Origin: Candidatus Methylomirabilis oxygeniifera
GTDB lineage: Bacteria > Methylomirabilota > Methylomirabilia > Methylomirabilales > Methylomirabilaceae
Direction of reading: 5' to 3'
Length of the DNA: 32,000 nucleotides
Assembly (NCBI GenBank): GCA_000091165.1
Contig: FP565575.1
Coordinates: 60,001 to 92,000 of the forward strand
Under the pieces are notes generated by a model. That model was not told the origin of the DNA, made no database searches, and saw only the letters and a program-made list of their open reading frames with translations. This document shows positions 8,123 to 17,022 of the stretch, one piece after another (position 1 is the stretch's first letter; the number at the start of each line of letters is the position of its first letter). Made by a program: the position numbers and the translations under genes.

Positions 8123-8815
8123 ATGCAGCAGGCGCGGGAGGCCAAGAACTATGTAGCAGGGCATCGGGAGCGGCTGCGGGCTCGCTACCGGCTGAGCGGC
8201 GAGGTTGCGCTCCAGGATTACGAGCTCTTGGAACTCCTCCTGACCTATGCTATTCCCAGACGCGACACCAAGCTGCTCGCCAAGAGGCTCCTGGAACGAT
8301 TCGGCACGCTTGCCCGCGTCGTTGAAGCTGAGCCGGCAGCCCTGGAAGCAATAGACGGGATGGGGCCACAAGCGGCGACTCTCATCTCCTTGATCCGGCC
8401 ACTCGCCACGCGGTTCCTGACGGAAGCGCCAGCGCCAAAGATCCTCCTCAGATCCACTGGCGACGCGGAGGCCTATTTTCAGGCCAAGCTGAAAGGTCTG
8501 CCGGAAGAGGAAGTCCATGTCGCGTTCGTGAATTCGAAAAACGCGGTGACGGCCACCGAGTGCCTGCAGCGCGGGACGGTCGATCAGTCAGTTGTGTACG
8601 TTAGGAAGGTGATCGAGCGCGCCTTGGTGCATAAGGCCAGCGGTTTTCTTCTGGCCCATAATCACCCCAGCGGTGACCCCACGCCGTCTCCCCAGGACCG
8701 GGAGATCACCCAGGCGTTGAAGACCGCCGCGGCGACCGTTGGTGTGCGCTTCCTCGACCACCTGGTCATCGGTGATGGTGCTCCGTTTAGCTTTAAGGCG
8801 GTAGGTCTGTTGTAG
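8123..8815 (+). CDS. radC: RadC-family JAB/MPN-domain protein (UPF0758)
   Basis: N-terminal HRERLRARY...LQDYELLELLL plus an HhH-like segment LEAIDGMGPQAA. The JAB motif is HNHPSGDPTPSPQD. ATG 8123 follows GGAAAGGAAAGG. GTG 8102 and ATG 8105 are alternatives. Confidence 0.85.
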   Translation: MQQAREAKNYVAGHRERLRARYRLSGEVALQDYELLELLLTYAIPRRDTKLLAKRLLERFGTLARVVEAEPAALEAIDGMGPQAATLISLIRPLATRFLTEAPAPKILLRSTGDAEAYFQAKLKGLPEEEVHVAFVNSKNAVTATECLQRGTVDQSVVYVRKVIERALVHKASGFLLAHNHPSGDPTPSPQDREITQALKTAAATVGVRFLDHLVIGDGAPFSFKAVGLL

Positions 8816-8839
8816 GTCTTACAAGGCTGGAGTTGGTAT

Positions 8840-9286
8840 TCAGGCACGCTGCAACGCCTCCAGATTGTGCTTCGCAATAGCAAGCTGCCAGTCGCGGCCA
8901 AAGAGACTGAAATCTTCCATCTGAAACACGGCCTCGTTTTTCAGATCAACATATTGACTAAAATCTCTAAAAAATACGGGGATACCTGCAACGATCGCGT
9001 TGTAGTGCAGCATCGGTTTGCCGAACGCTCGATCAATTGCAACCACGTTGACCTCTGAATGAAGCTCCTTGGACAGTCGTAATGCAATGTCGGTGATATG
9101 CTCGAACATCTCTTCTGCACCAGGGTGCTGTTGTGAAAACACCACGGCAATATCGATATCAGAATCCGGTCTTGGAGACCCTTTGGCCCACGAGCCGTAC
9201 AAGAAGGCCATCTCTATCCCATAGCGCCCCGCGTTGTTTCTAAAAAAATTCTCTAAATGGCTGATGATGTCCTGCCTGGGTTCCAC
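8840..9286 (-). CDS. MNT/MntA-like nucleotidyltransferase-domain protein (antitoxin-type, no HEPN partner present)
   Basis: [22 protein letters not shown] is the G-S-x(n)-D-x-D polymerase-beta nucleotidyltransferase motif. The GTG start follows GAGGAG. The segment is A/T-richer, and the gene is convergent with radC, 24 nt apart. Confidence 0.75.
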   Translation of the reverse strand: MEPRQDIISHLENFFRNNAGRYGIEMAFLYGSWAKGSPRPDSDIDIAVVFSQQHPGAEEMFEHITDIALRLSKELHSEVNVVAIDRAFGKPMLHYNAIVAGIPVFFRDFSQYVDLKNEAVFQMEDFSLFGRDWQLAIAKHNLEALQRA

Positions 9287-9472
9287 AAGATACTCCTCTA
9301 TCTCTTTCGGTTCTTCGGCTCAGCCTTTTTTAGCTGCAATATACGGAATGATATACTAAAATACCGTTTTTGTCATGGAGACCGACAGTATCCCCAAAAG
9401 CTGATCGGTAAGCGGCGATGGACTACATGGCCTAATGCCTCCTCGCGTGAACAGCGGATTGAGGAAGAGAGC

Positions 9473-10705
9473 ATGCAAAAGGTGAAGAAGATCGTACTGG
9501 CGTACTCCGGCGGCCTTGACACGTCGGTGATCCTGCGCTGGCTGATCGAGACCTACCAGGCCGAGGTGATTGCGTTCTGCGCCGACCTGGGACAGGGAGA
9601 GGAGCTGGACCCGGTTCGCGAGAAAGCGCTTAAGACGGGCGCCAGCAAGGTCTACATCAAAGACCTGCGGGAAGAGTTTGTCAGGGATTTCGTCTTTCCC
9701 TGTGTGAAGGCGAATGCCGTCTATGAGGGACGCTATCTGCTCGGCACATCGATGGCGAGGCCGCTGATCGCGAAACATCAGATGGCGGTGGCGAAAAAGG
9801 AGGGCGCGGATGCAGTGGCGCACGGCGCAACCGGCAAGGGGAACGATCAGGTCCGTTTCGAGCTCGCCTGCTATGCCATCGATCCGCATATCCGGATCAT
9901 CTCGCCATGGCGCGAATGGGATCTCAATTCGCGGTCCGATCTGATTGCCTATGCGCGGAGGCACGACATTCCAGTGCCGATTACGAAGGCGCGGCCCTAT
10001 AGTACCGATCGCAACCTGTTTCATATCAGCTTCGAGGGCGGAGTGTTGGAGGACCCATGGCAGGAGCCGCCAGCAGAGATGTTTGTCTTGAGCGTTTCGC
10101 CGGAGCAGGCGCCGGACCGTGCGACCTATGTCGAGGTGGAGTTTCAGGATGGTCAGCCTATTGCGCTGGACGGGAAACGCCTCTCGCCGGCCAGACTGCT
10201 GCAGCGCGTGAATAAGATCGGCGGCGAACACGGGATCGGCCGGGTCGATATCGTCGAAAACCGCTATGTCGGGATGAAGTCGCGAGGGGTGTACGAGACG
10301 CCTGGCGGGACGATTCTTCAGGCCGCTCATCGCGCCGTAGAATCGCTCACCATGGATCGCGAGGTGATGCACCTGCGCGATTCCCTTATTCCCCGTTTCT
10401 CGGAGCTGGTCTACTACGGCTACTGGTTCTCCCCGGAGATGGAACTGCTGATGCAGACGATCGAGGCGTCGCAGCAGGGGGTGACCGGTACGGCACGGGT
10501 GAAACTCTATAAGGGCAACTGCGAGGTCGTTGGGCGGAAGTCGGCCGTTTCGCTGTACGATCCGGCCTTCGCGACATTTGAGGCGGACCAGGTGTATCGG
10601 CAGTCTGATGCCGAGGGGTTCATTCGCCTGAACGCGCTGCGGCTCAGGATTCGGGCGCTAAGACAGCGGTCAGCTCGTCCGAAAGGGAAGCGGTCGGAAC
10701 GATGA
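9473..10705 (+). CDS. argG: argininosuccinate synthase
   Basis: [19 protein letters not shown] (N-type ATP pyrophosphatase motif), [15 protein letters not shown] and [26 protein letters not shown] 9473 follows GAGGAAGAGAG. The track ORF from 9257 is an unsupported 5' extension. Confidence 0.92.
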   Translation: MQKVKKIVLAYSGGLDTSVILRWLIETYQAEVIAFCADLGQGEELDPVREKALKTGASKVYIKDLREEFVRDFVFPCVKANAVYEGRYLLGTSMARPLIAKHQMAVAKKEGADAVAHGATGKGNDQVRFELACYAIDPHIRIISPWREWDLNSRSDLIAYARRHDIPVPITKARPYSTDRNLFHISFEGGVLEDPWQEPPAEMFVLSVSPEQAPDRATYVEVEFQDGQPIALDGKRLSPARLLQRVNKIGGEHGIGRVDIVENRYVGMKSRGVYETPGGTILQAAHRAVESLTMDREVMHLRDSLIPRFSELVYYGYWFSPEMELLMQTIEASQQGVTGTARVKLYKGNCEVVGRKSAVSLYDPAFATFEADQVYRQSDAEGFIRLNALRLRIRALRQRSARPKGKRSER

Positions 10706-12099
10706 AAGCGGGATCGAAGACTCGAAAGCCCTGGGGCGGACGATTCAAGCAGGCGACCGATCCGCGAGTAGAAGCGTACACCGCCTCTATCCACTTTGAC
10801 CGTCGTCTCTACAAGTACGACATTGCCGGCAGTGTTGCACATGCGCGGATGCTGGCGAAGTGCGGCCTGTTGACGAGGGCCGAGGCGGACAAGATCGTAT
10901 CAGGGCTTGAGGAGATTGAGGGCGAGATCGATCGCGGCGAGTTCCGTTTCGACCCCTCGTTGGAAGATATTCACATGGCGATCGAGACCCGGTTGACCGA
11001 GAAGGTGGGGGAGGCGGGGGCCAAGCTTCATACCGGCCGGAGCCGGAATGACCAGGTGGCACTCGATCTACGACTGTATCTGCGGGATGAGATCGGAGAG
11101 ATTCGCCATCTGATCGCAGGACTTGAGCGGGCTCTGATTGCGCAGGCCGAAGCTCACCTTGACGTGATTATGCCGGGCTACACCCACATGCAACGGGCCC
11201 AGCCGGTCCTCCTGGCGCACCACTTAATGGCGTATGTCGAGATGCTGGAGCGGGATCGTGCCAGGCTTCATGATGCGCTTCGCAGGGTAGAAGTGCTTCC
11301 GCTTGGCTCAGGCGCCCTGGCCGGAGTCGGCCTACCGATAGATCGCCGTTTCGTCGCCAAGGAGCTTGGGTTTCGTGAGCTGTCGGCCAACTCGCTGGAC
11401 GCAGTCTCAGATCGCGACTTTGTCATCGAACCGCTGTTCGCCTGTGCGCTCCTGATGGCGCATCTGTCCCGCCTGGCGGAAGAGATTGTGCTGTGGGCAT
11501 CGGCGGAGTTCGGATTCATCGAGCTGCCGGATGCCTTCGCCACCGGTTCCAGTATGATGCCTCAGAAAAAAAACCCGGATGTAGCAGAACTGGCGCGAGG
11601 GAAGACCGGCCGGGCCTTTGGTGCGCTGGTCGCGTTGCTGACCATCGTGAAGGGCCTGCCTCTCAGCTACAACCGAGATCTGCAGGAGGATAAGGAGCCT
11701 CTTTTCGACAGCGTGGAGTCTGTTAAGGCGACCCTCCTCGTCATGGCCTCGATGGTGAGCAGACTGACGTTCTGTGCGGATAGGATGCGGCAGGCGACAG
11801 AGGACGGATTTCTCAACGCCACTGATCTGGCCGATTATCTGGTGTGTAAGGAGATGCCATTCCGACAAGCCCACGAGGTTGTCGGCCTGCTCGTCCGACG
11901 CGCGCTTGCCAAGCGATGTCGAATCGAGGAGCTTTCGCTGAAGGAGTTGCAGGCCGCCTCCCCCCTGTTCGAGAAAGATGTCTTTGCCTACATTGCGCTC
12001 GAGGCCTGCATCGAGCGGCGGAAGGCCGCCGGCGGGACGGCAACGGGCGCGGTGAAGAAGGCGATCAAAGCGGCGAAGGTCAAACTTCGGAGTCGATAA
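10702..12099 (+). CDS. argH: argininosuccinate lyase
   Basis: Fumarate-lyase signature [12 protein letters not shown], plus TGRSRNDQV and [12 protein letters not shown]. It overlaps argG by ATGA. Confidence 0.92.
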   Translation: MKAGSKTRKPWGGRFKQATDPRVEAYTASIHFDRRLYKYDIAGSVAHARMLAKCGLLTRAEADKIVSGLEEIEGEIDRGEFRFDPSLEDIHMAIETRLTEKVGEAGAKLHTGRSRNDQVALDLRLYLRDEIGEIRHLIAGLERALIAQAEAHLDVIMPGYTHMQRAQPVLLAHHLMAYVEMLERDRARLHDALRRVEVLPLGSGALAGVGLPIDRRFVAKELGFRELSANSLDAVSDRDFVIEPLFACALLMAHLSRLAEEIVLWASAEFGFIELPDAFATGSSMMPQKKNPDVAELARGKTGRAFGALVALLTIVKGLPLSYNRDLQEDKEPLFDSVESVKATLLVMASMVSRLTFCADRMRQATEDGFLNATDLADYLVCKEMPFRQAHEVVGLLVRRALAKRCRIEELSLKELQAASPLFEKDVFAYIALEACIERRKAAGGTATGAVKKAIKAAKVKLRSR

Positions 12100-12100
12100 G

Positions 12101-13147
12101 ATGCGAATTCGACGGATTATCGTGACAATGTCTCTCGGTCTTCTTGCGCTGGCTGGGTGCGGACGAAGTGGTCCGCCTGTCGTTCCGATCCTGGCGGAGC
12201 CGGCGCCGCCTCCCGATCTGACGGCGCTCGTACGGAGCCGTGCGGTGATCCTCGCGTGGACCAGGCCGACGACTAATATCGACGGCACTGCGCTGAAATA
12301 CCTGGCTGCGTTCCGAATCTCCCGGGCGCAAACGGCTCCTCAGTCCTCTGCCCCATCGGTCATTGCCACCGTGAAGGTCGAGAAACCGGAGAACGCGGTC
12401 GTGTCAGGTAATCGGTATGCGTTTACCGACAAGAATGTGGTTGTGGGCGCCAAATATACATACACCATCGAGGCGGTGAGTCGGCGAGGGATTATTGGGC
12501 CGCCAACAACAGAAGCGATTGCCCTTGTGACAGTCGAGATTGAGGCTCCCTCCAATCTACGGGCAGAGGCCGGCGAACGTGCGGTCCGCCTCTTTTGGGA
12601 TGCACCGACCAGGCGAGCCGATGCAAGTCCGCTGGGAGTGGTCCCACGGTATAACATCTACCGGGGCGCCAACCCAGGCCGATACGATCCGTCCCCGATT
12701 AATCGGGAGCCCGTCCGGAATACGCGGTTTCAGGATACGAATCTGGTCAACGATCAGACCTACTACTATCGCGTAGCGGCGGTGGAGAGTCAGGAGCCGC
12801 CCTGGCAGGAGGGATTGCCGTCCGGCGAGGTCAGCGTCGCGCCGGTCGATCTGACGCCTCCGGCGCCTCCACAAGGTGTACGCGCGGTTGTTGGGCCTGG
12901 TCCGGCAGTCTCACTGAGTTGGGAGCTGAACCGCGAACCGGACCTGCTCGGCTATCTCGTCTATCGAAGCGATGCGACGGAGCGCCCCCCCCACCGACTG
13001 ACAGAAGTTCCGCTCAAATCGCCCATCCTGACCGACCGGTCGGTCAGGATGGGCGGTCGATACCTCTACACGGTGACGGCTGTTGACGTCTCTTCGAGAC
13101 GCAACGAAAGCGTCGCCTCCGAGACCGTCGAGGTCCTCGTTCCCTAA
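12101..13147 (+). CDS. lipoprotein with three fibronectin type III-like domains
   Basis: Signal peptide plus lipobox (LLALAGC). Three repeats of roughly 100 aa each carry the pattern W-x-x-P...Y-x-(I/V)-(Y/S)-R...Y-x-Y-x-(I/V)-x-A-V (AKYTYTIEAVS, QTYYYRVAAVES, GRYLYTVTAVDVSSRRNES). Confidence 0.75.
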   Translation: MRIRRIIVTMSLGLLALAGCGRSGPPVVPILAEPAPPPDLTALVRSRAVILAWTRPTTNIDGTALKYLAAFRISRAQTAPQSSAPSVIATVKVEKPENAVVSGNRYAFTDKNVVVGAKYTYTIEAVSRRGIIGPPTTEAIALVTVEIEAPSNLRAEAGERAVRLFWDAPTRRADASPLGVVPRYNIYRGANPGRYDPSPINREPVRNTRFQDTNLVNDQTYYYRVAAVESQEPPWQEGLPSGEVSVAPVDLTPPAPPQGVRAVVGPGPAVSLSWELNREPDLLGYLVYRSDATERPPHRLTEVPLKSPILTDRSVRMGGRYLYTVTAVDVSSRRNESVASETVEVLVP

Positions 13148-13214
13148 CACACCTCCCACTCTTGATGGGCGTTCAGCCTTGCTGGCGCGAAGCGCCGTGT
13201 GTTACGATGGCGGC

Positions 13215-15128
13215 GTGACGACGAAGCATGTCATCGTTGGAACTGCGGGCCACATCGATCATGGGAAAACCGCGCTCGTCAAGGCCTTGACCGGGATCGA
13301 CACCGACCGGTTGAAGGAGGAGAAGGAGCGGGGGATCTCCATCGAGCTGGGTTTTGCCAACCTGGCCCTGTCCGATGACCTCCAGCTCGGGATCGTCGAC
13401 GTTCCGGGGCACGAACGGTTCGTCAAGACGATGCTCGCGGGCGTCGGCGGGATCGATCTGGTCGTGCTGGTGATCGGCGCCGACGAGGGGGTGATGCCGC
13501 AGACGCGGGAACACCTCCATATCTGTGAGTTGCTTCAGGTCAAGCGTGGCGTCGTCGCGCTGACAAAGGCTGATCTCGTCGAGTCCGATTGGCTGGAGAT
13601 GATCCAGGCCGATCTGAAAGGGTTCCTGGCCGGGAGTTTTCTTGAGGGCGCACCGGTCGTTGCCGTGTCCGCCATCACCGGACAAGGGCTCCCGCAGTTG
13701 AAAGCGGTTCTCCGCGAGGCGGCGGAGACGATCGAGCCGAAGCGTCATGACGGGATATTTCGTCTGCCGATCGATCGGATCTTTACGATCAAGGGGTTCG
13801 GGACCGTCGTGACCGGGACCCTGTGGTCCGGGTCAGTACAAGCCGGAGACGAGGTCGTCGTCCTGCCTGCCGAGTTGCGTTCGCGGGTTCGGCGGCTTCA
13901 GGTTCACGGTCAAACCGTGGAACAGGCCTGGGCCGGACAGCGGATCGCCGTCAACCTGCCAGGCCTCGAAGTGGATCAACTCAGTCGAGGCGATCTTCTG
14001 ACCTTTCCGGGCACGCTGAAACCTACCATGACCTTCGACGTATCGTTAGCTTTACTGAAGGATGCTCCCCGCGCGTTACGGAACCGGGCGAGGGTCCGGT
14101 TCCACTTGGGGACGAGCGAGATCCTGGCTCGGGTCGTGCTGCTCGATCGCGAGGAGCTGAATCCCGGCGAAGAGACGTTCGCCCACGTGCGACTGGAGGC
14201 AATGTCCGGCGCCATGGCCGGCGACCGGTATGTGATCCGAAGCTACTCGCCTGCCCTGACGATCGGGGGCGGGAGCATCCTCGACCCGAATCCTCTTGTG
14301 CGGCGGAGGGCTAAGGCGTCGTTGCTCGAACATCTCAAGGTCCTGCAGACCGGCACATCGGGTCAGCAGGTCGAGCGCCTGCTGCTGCAGGCCGGTCCGT
14401 GTCCGATCACGTTGGATACGCTCAGGGCCTCGGCCAGCCTGGATGAGACCACGCTGCGGCGAGAGATCACGCGCCTTGTAGAGGGCGGCGTCGCCGTGGC
14501 GTTAGGCACGAAAGGCGATCTCGGATACGTTCACCGACTGAGCTATGATCGCCTGGAAGGGGAGATCCTGTCCCGCCTGGAAGAGTTCCACAGGCAAGAA
14601 CCTCTCAAGGATGGACTGCCGAAGGAAGAGCTGCGGTCTAAGCTCCGTCAGGTTGGGCCGGTCCTATTCGCTCGCCTGCTGCAGGGACTTGCGGAGACAC
14701 AGCGAATCGCTATCGACCGAGAGAAGGTGCGGCTTTTCCTGCACCGCCCCACCCTCTCGGCGCCGGAACAACTCATCAAAGAACGATTAGCCGCGATCTA
14801 CCAGAAGGCGGGCTTTCAGCCGCCGGACTTGGAGCTGGCGCTTGCCCAGGCTGGAGCGAACAGCAAAACCGGGATCACGATTTTTCGTCGCCTTTCCGAT
14901 GAGGGCACGGTCATCAAAATCAAAGACAACCTCTATCTGCACCGCGACCATTATAGTCACGCGAAGGAGATGCTCCTCAACCACTTCAGGCTCCATGCTG
15001 CCATCACGGTCCAGCAGTTCAAGGAGCTCCTCGGGGTGAGTCGGAAGTTCGCCATCCCCTTTCTGGAGCATTTCGACGGCGCCAAGTTGACCCGTCGACA
15101 TAATGATGAGCGGGTCCTCTACGGGTAA
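13215..15128 (+). CDS. selB: selenocysteine-specific translation elongation factor SelB
   Basis: GTPase motifs [19 protein letters not shown] and TKAD. The C-terminal winged-helix tail is [35 protein letters not shown] 13215 gives the canonical N-terminus, whereas the track ORF from 13083 overlaps the upstream gene. Confidence 0.88.
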   Translation: MTTKHVIVGTAGHIDHGKTALVKALTGIDTDRLKEEKERGISIELGFANLALSDDLQLGIVDVPGHERFVKTMLAGVGGIDLVVLVIGADEGVMPQTREHLHICELLQVKRGVVALTKADLVESDWLEMIQADLKGFLAGSFLEGAPVVAVSAITGQGLPQLKAVLREAAETIEPKRHDGIFRLPIDRIFTIKGFGTVVTGTLWSGSVQAGDEVVVLPAELRSRVRRLQVHGQTVEQAWAGQRIAVNLPGLEVDQLSRGDLLTFPGTLKPTMTFDVSLALLKDAPRALRNRARVRFHLGTSEILARVVLLDREELNPGEETFAHVRLEAMSGAMAGDRYVIRSYSPALTIGGGSILDPNPLVRRRAKASLLEHLKVLQTGTSGQQVERLLLQAGPCPITLDTLRASASLDETTLRREITRLVEGGVAVALGTKGDLGYVHRLSYDRLEGEILSRLEEFHRQEPLKDGLPKEELRSKLRQVGPVLFARLLQGLAETQRIAIDREKVRLFLHRPTLSAPEQLIKERLAAIYQKAGFQPPDLELALAQAGANSKTGITIFRRLSDEGTVIKIKDNLYLHRDHYSHAKEMLLNHFRLHAAITVQQFKELLGVSRKFAIPFLEHFDGAKLTRRHNDERVLYG

Positions 15129-15151
15129 GAGGCCCCAAGGGAGGAAGGCGT

Positions 15152-15358
15152 ATGTTCGGGTTGGGGATTCAAGAGTTATTGATTATTCTCGTCATCGTGA
15201 TGCTCCTTTTCGGCGCCAGCCGGCTACCGGAGCTCGGTAGCGGCGTGGGCAAAGCCATTCGAGGCTTCAAGGATTCTTTGGCGGGGAAGGATGCCATCGA
15301 TGTGACGCCGAAGAAAGAGAAAGACGAGGATAAGCGATCCGATAAGGGAAAGGCGTAA
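15152..15358 (+). CDS. tatA: twin-arginine translocase subunit TatA/E
   Basis: [40 protein letters not shown] is the canonical TatA transmembrane plus amphipathic helix (FG hinge). The tail is acidic/basic. The RBS is GGGAGGAAGG. Confidence 0.85.
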   Translation: MFGLGIQELLIILVIVMLLFGASRLPELGSGVGKAIRGFKDSLAGKDAIDVTPKKEKDEDKRSDKGKA

Positions 15359-15386
15359 CGCGCTCTACGACGAGCCGAGGAGTTTG

Positions 15387-16709
15387 ATGAATATTGCCGT
15401 AATCGGAACAGGATATGTGGGTCTTGTGACCGGGGTATGCTTTGCGGAGTTTGGTTTGCATGTGACCGCCGTAGATACGGATGAGGAGCGTATCGCTCGG
15501 TTAACCCAAGGAGAGGTCCTGATTTACGAGCCGCAGTTAGGCGAAATGCTGCGCAGGAATCTGCAACAAGGGCGCATTCAATTTACGACCGATACGGCGC
15601 GTGCAGTGAGAGACTCGCTCGTTCTCTTTATCGCTGTAGGCACCCCCTCTAAGGAGGATGGTTCTGCGGACCTCCAATACGTCGAGGAAGTCGCCAGAAC
15701 AGTAGCCAGGAACCTGAACGGCTATAAAGTGATCGTGACCAAGAGCACGGTCCCGGTTGGGACCGGACGGAGAATCCAGAGTATTATCCACGACGAGAAT
15801 GGAACCGGACCGCAGGGAGTGTTCGATGTCGCCTCCAACCCGGAATTTCTGCGCGAAGGCTCGGCGATTGAGGACTTCTTGCGACCCAACCGAGTCGTTA
15901 TTGGAGCAGATAGTCCGCAAGCCGTCGCCATCCTCCAGGATCTGTATCGCCCCCTGTATCTCATCGAGGTCCCCTTTGTGATCACGACGATTGAGACCGC
16001 CGAACTGATTAAGTACGCCTCAAACAGTTTCTTGGCCACAAAAGTGACTTTTATGAACGAGATGGCCAACCTCTGTGAGGCGTTGGGGGCGGATATTCAC
16101 GTTGTTGCTAAGGGGATGGGACTCGATCAGCGGATTGGTTCAAAGTTCTTGCATCCAGGTCCGGGATATGGCGGCTCCTGTTTCCCCAAGGACACGTGCG
16201 CGCTTGTCAATATTGCGAGGGAGCATGGATGCCGAGCCCGCGTGGTTGAGACCGTCATTGAAGTGAACGAACAGCAGAGGCTTCGGATGGTACAGAAGAT
16301 TCTCAGCGCCTTGGGGGCCTCTTCAGATCCCGACTCTCTGGAGGGGATCACTATCGGGGTACTCGGTTTAGCCTTCAAACCGAACACAGACGATGTCAGG
16401 CAGGCGCCTTCCCTCGTAATTATAGGCGAACTGGAGCGACTGGGAGCCAGGGTGCAGGCCTATGATCCTGCGGCGATGGAGCAGGCGCGGCGCATATTGC
16501 CTGGGGTCGATTATCGGACAGATGCGTACAGCGCAGCAGAGGGGGCGGATGTGTTGGTCCTGGCCACAGAATGGAATCTGTTTCGTAATCTTGACCTGGA
16601 GAAGATCAGGGGGCTGATGCGCCGCCCGATCTTAGTGGACCTGCGCAATGTCTATGAACCGGAGCGCGCACGCGTATTAGGATTCACGTATTACGGGGTT
16701 GGACGATAA
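15387..16709 (+). CDS. ugd: UDP-glucose 6-dehydrogenase
   Basis: Rossmann N-terminus IAVIGTGYVGLVTG, plus NPEFLREGSA, the catalytic-Cys region GYGGSCFPKD and GLAFKPNTDD. Confidence 0.88.
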   Translation: MNIAVIGTGYVGLVTGVCFAEFGLHVTAVDTDEERIARLTQGEVLIYEPQLGEMLRRNLQQGRIQFTTDTARAVRDSLVLFIAVGTPSKEDGSADLQYVEEVARTVARNLNGYKVIVTKSTVPVGTGRRIQSIIHDENGTGPQGVFDVASNPEFLREGSAIEDFLRPNRVVIGADSPQAVAILQDLYRPLYLIEVPFVITTIETAELIKYASNSFLATKVTFMNEMANLCEALGADIHVVAKGMGLDQRIGSKFLHPGPGYGGSCFPKDTCALVNIAREHGCRARVVETVIEVNEQQRLRMVQKILSALGASSDPDSLEGITIGVLGLAFKPNTDDVRQAPSLVIIGELERLGARVQAYDPAAMEQARRILPGVDYRTDAYSAAEGADVLVLATEWNLFRNLDLEKIRGLMRRPILVDLRNVYEPERARVLGFTYYGVGR

Positions 16710-16804
16710 TCCACGCAGCAGGAGGGGTGCGGGCTATGCTCCAGCCTTATTTTTCATGGGGTTATTTTGTGCGAAATTGTGGGATCCTGCGAGAATTTTT
16801 GTGC

Positions 16805-16834
16805 TTGACCCGAGGTGTTGCGTTTTAGTACACT
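16805..16834 (+). promoter_or_regulatory. possible sigma70 promoter (TTGACC, 18-nt spacer, TACACT) with a T-rich upstream tract, about 190 nt ahead of pntAA
   Basis: Hexamers read directly, preceded by A/T-rich 16740-16800. The spacing is at the long end of the usual range. No experimental support. Confidence 0.25.
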
Positions 16835-17022
16835 CTCCCGCCATGGGCGGCGCGAACGCGCATGAGACCCAATCGGTTTGCTGAACAGCCACCTCCAGTC
16901 ACAAGTTATCTATCTAAGTCCATTGCATCTGTTGCATTCGGAAGTTCCTGAGAGCTACGACTATTATCGGAACGAGATCGCGTGCGAGACGACAGTCTAA
17001 CCATATTCGAGAGAGTCGATAG

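Noticed and set aside
6739-8145. 468-aa minus-strand ORF, the longest of several long antisense ORFs. Others include 2133-3080, 9356-10372, 11407-12288, 20267-21157 and 22412-23185.
   Set aside because: Each lies antisense to a gene with clear family motifs. Their translations are Arg/Pro/Gly/Ala-rich with no recognisable motifs. This is the usual open antisense frame of GC-rich coding DNA.
8816-8839. HEPN toxin partner for the MNT gene.
   Set aside because: Only 24 nt separate the MNT stop from the convergent radC stop. The region upstream of MNT (9287-9472) has no suitable ORF on the minus strand.
9257-9472. 5' extension of the argG ORF (track start 9257).
   Set aside because: The extension is A/T-rich with an odd composition ([17 protein letters not shown]) and overlaps the MNT gene start on the other strand. 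The conserved ArgG N-terminus ([13 protein letters not shown]) begins right after ATG 9473, which has a good RBS.
13083-13214. 5' extension of selB overlapping the FN3 lipoprotein gene. Similar extensions occur at 20944-21114 (decarboxylase), 26376-26480 (response regulator) and 4513-4584 (DUF5615).
   Set aside because: In each case the extension overlaps the well-supported upstream gene. An internal start reproduces the canonical family N-terminus and a compact stop/start junction.
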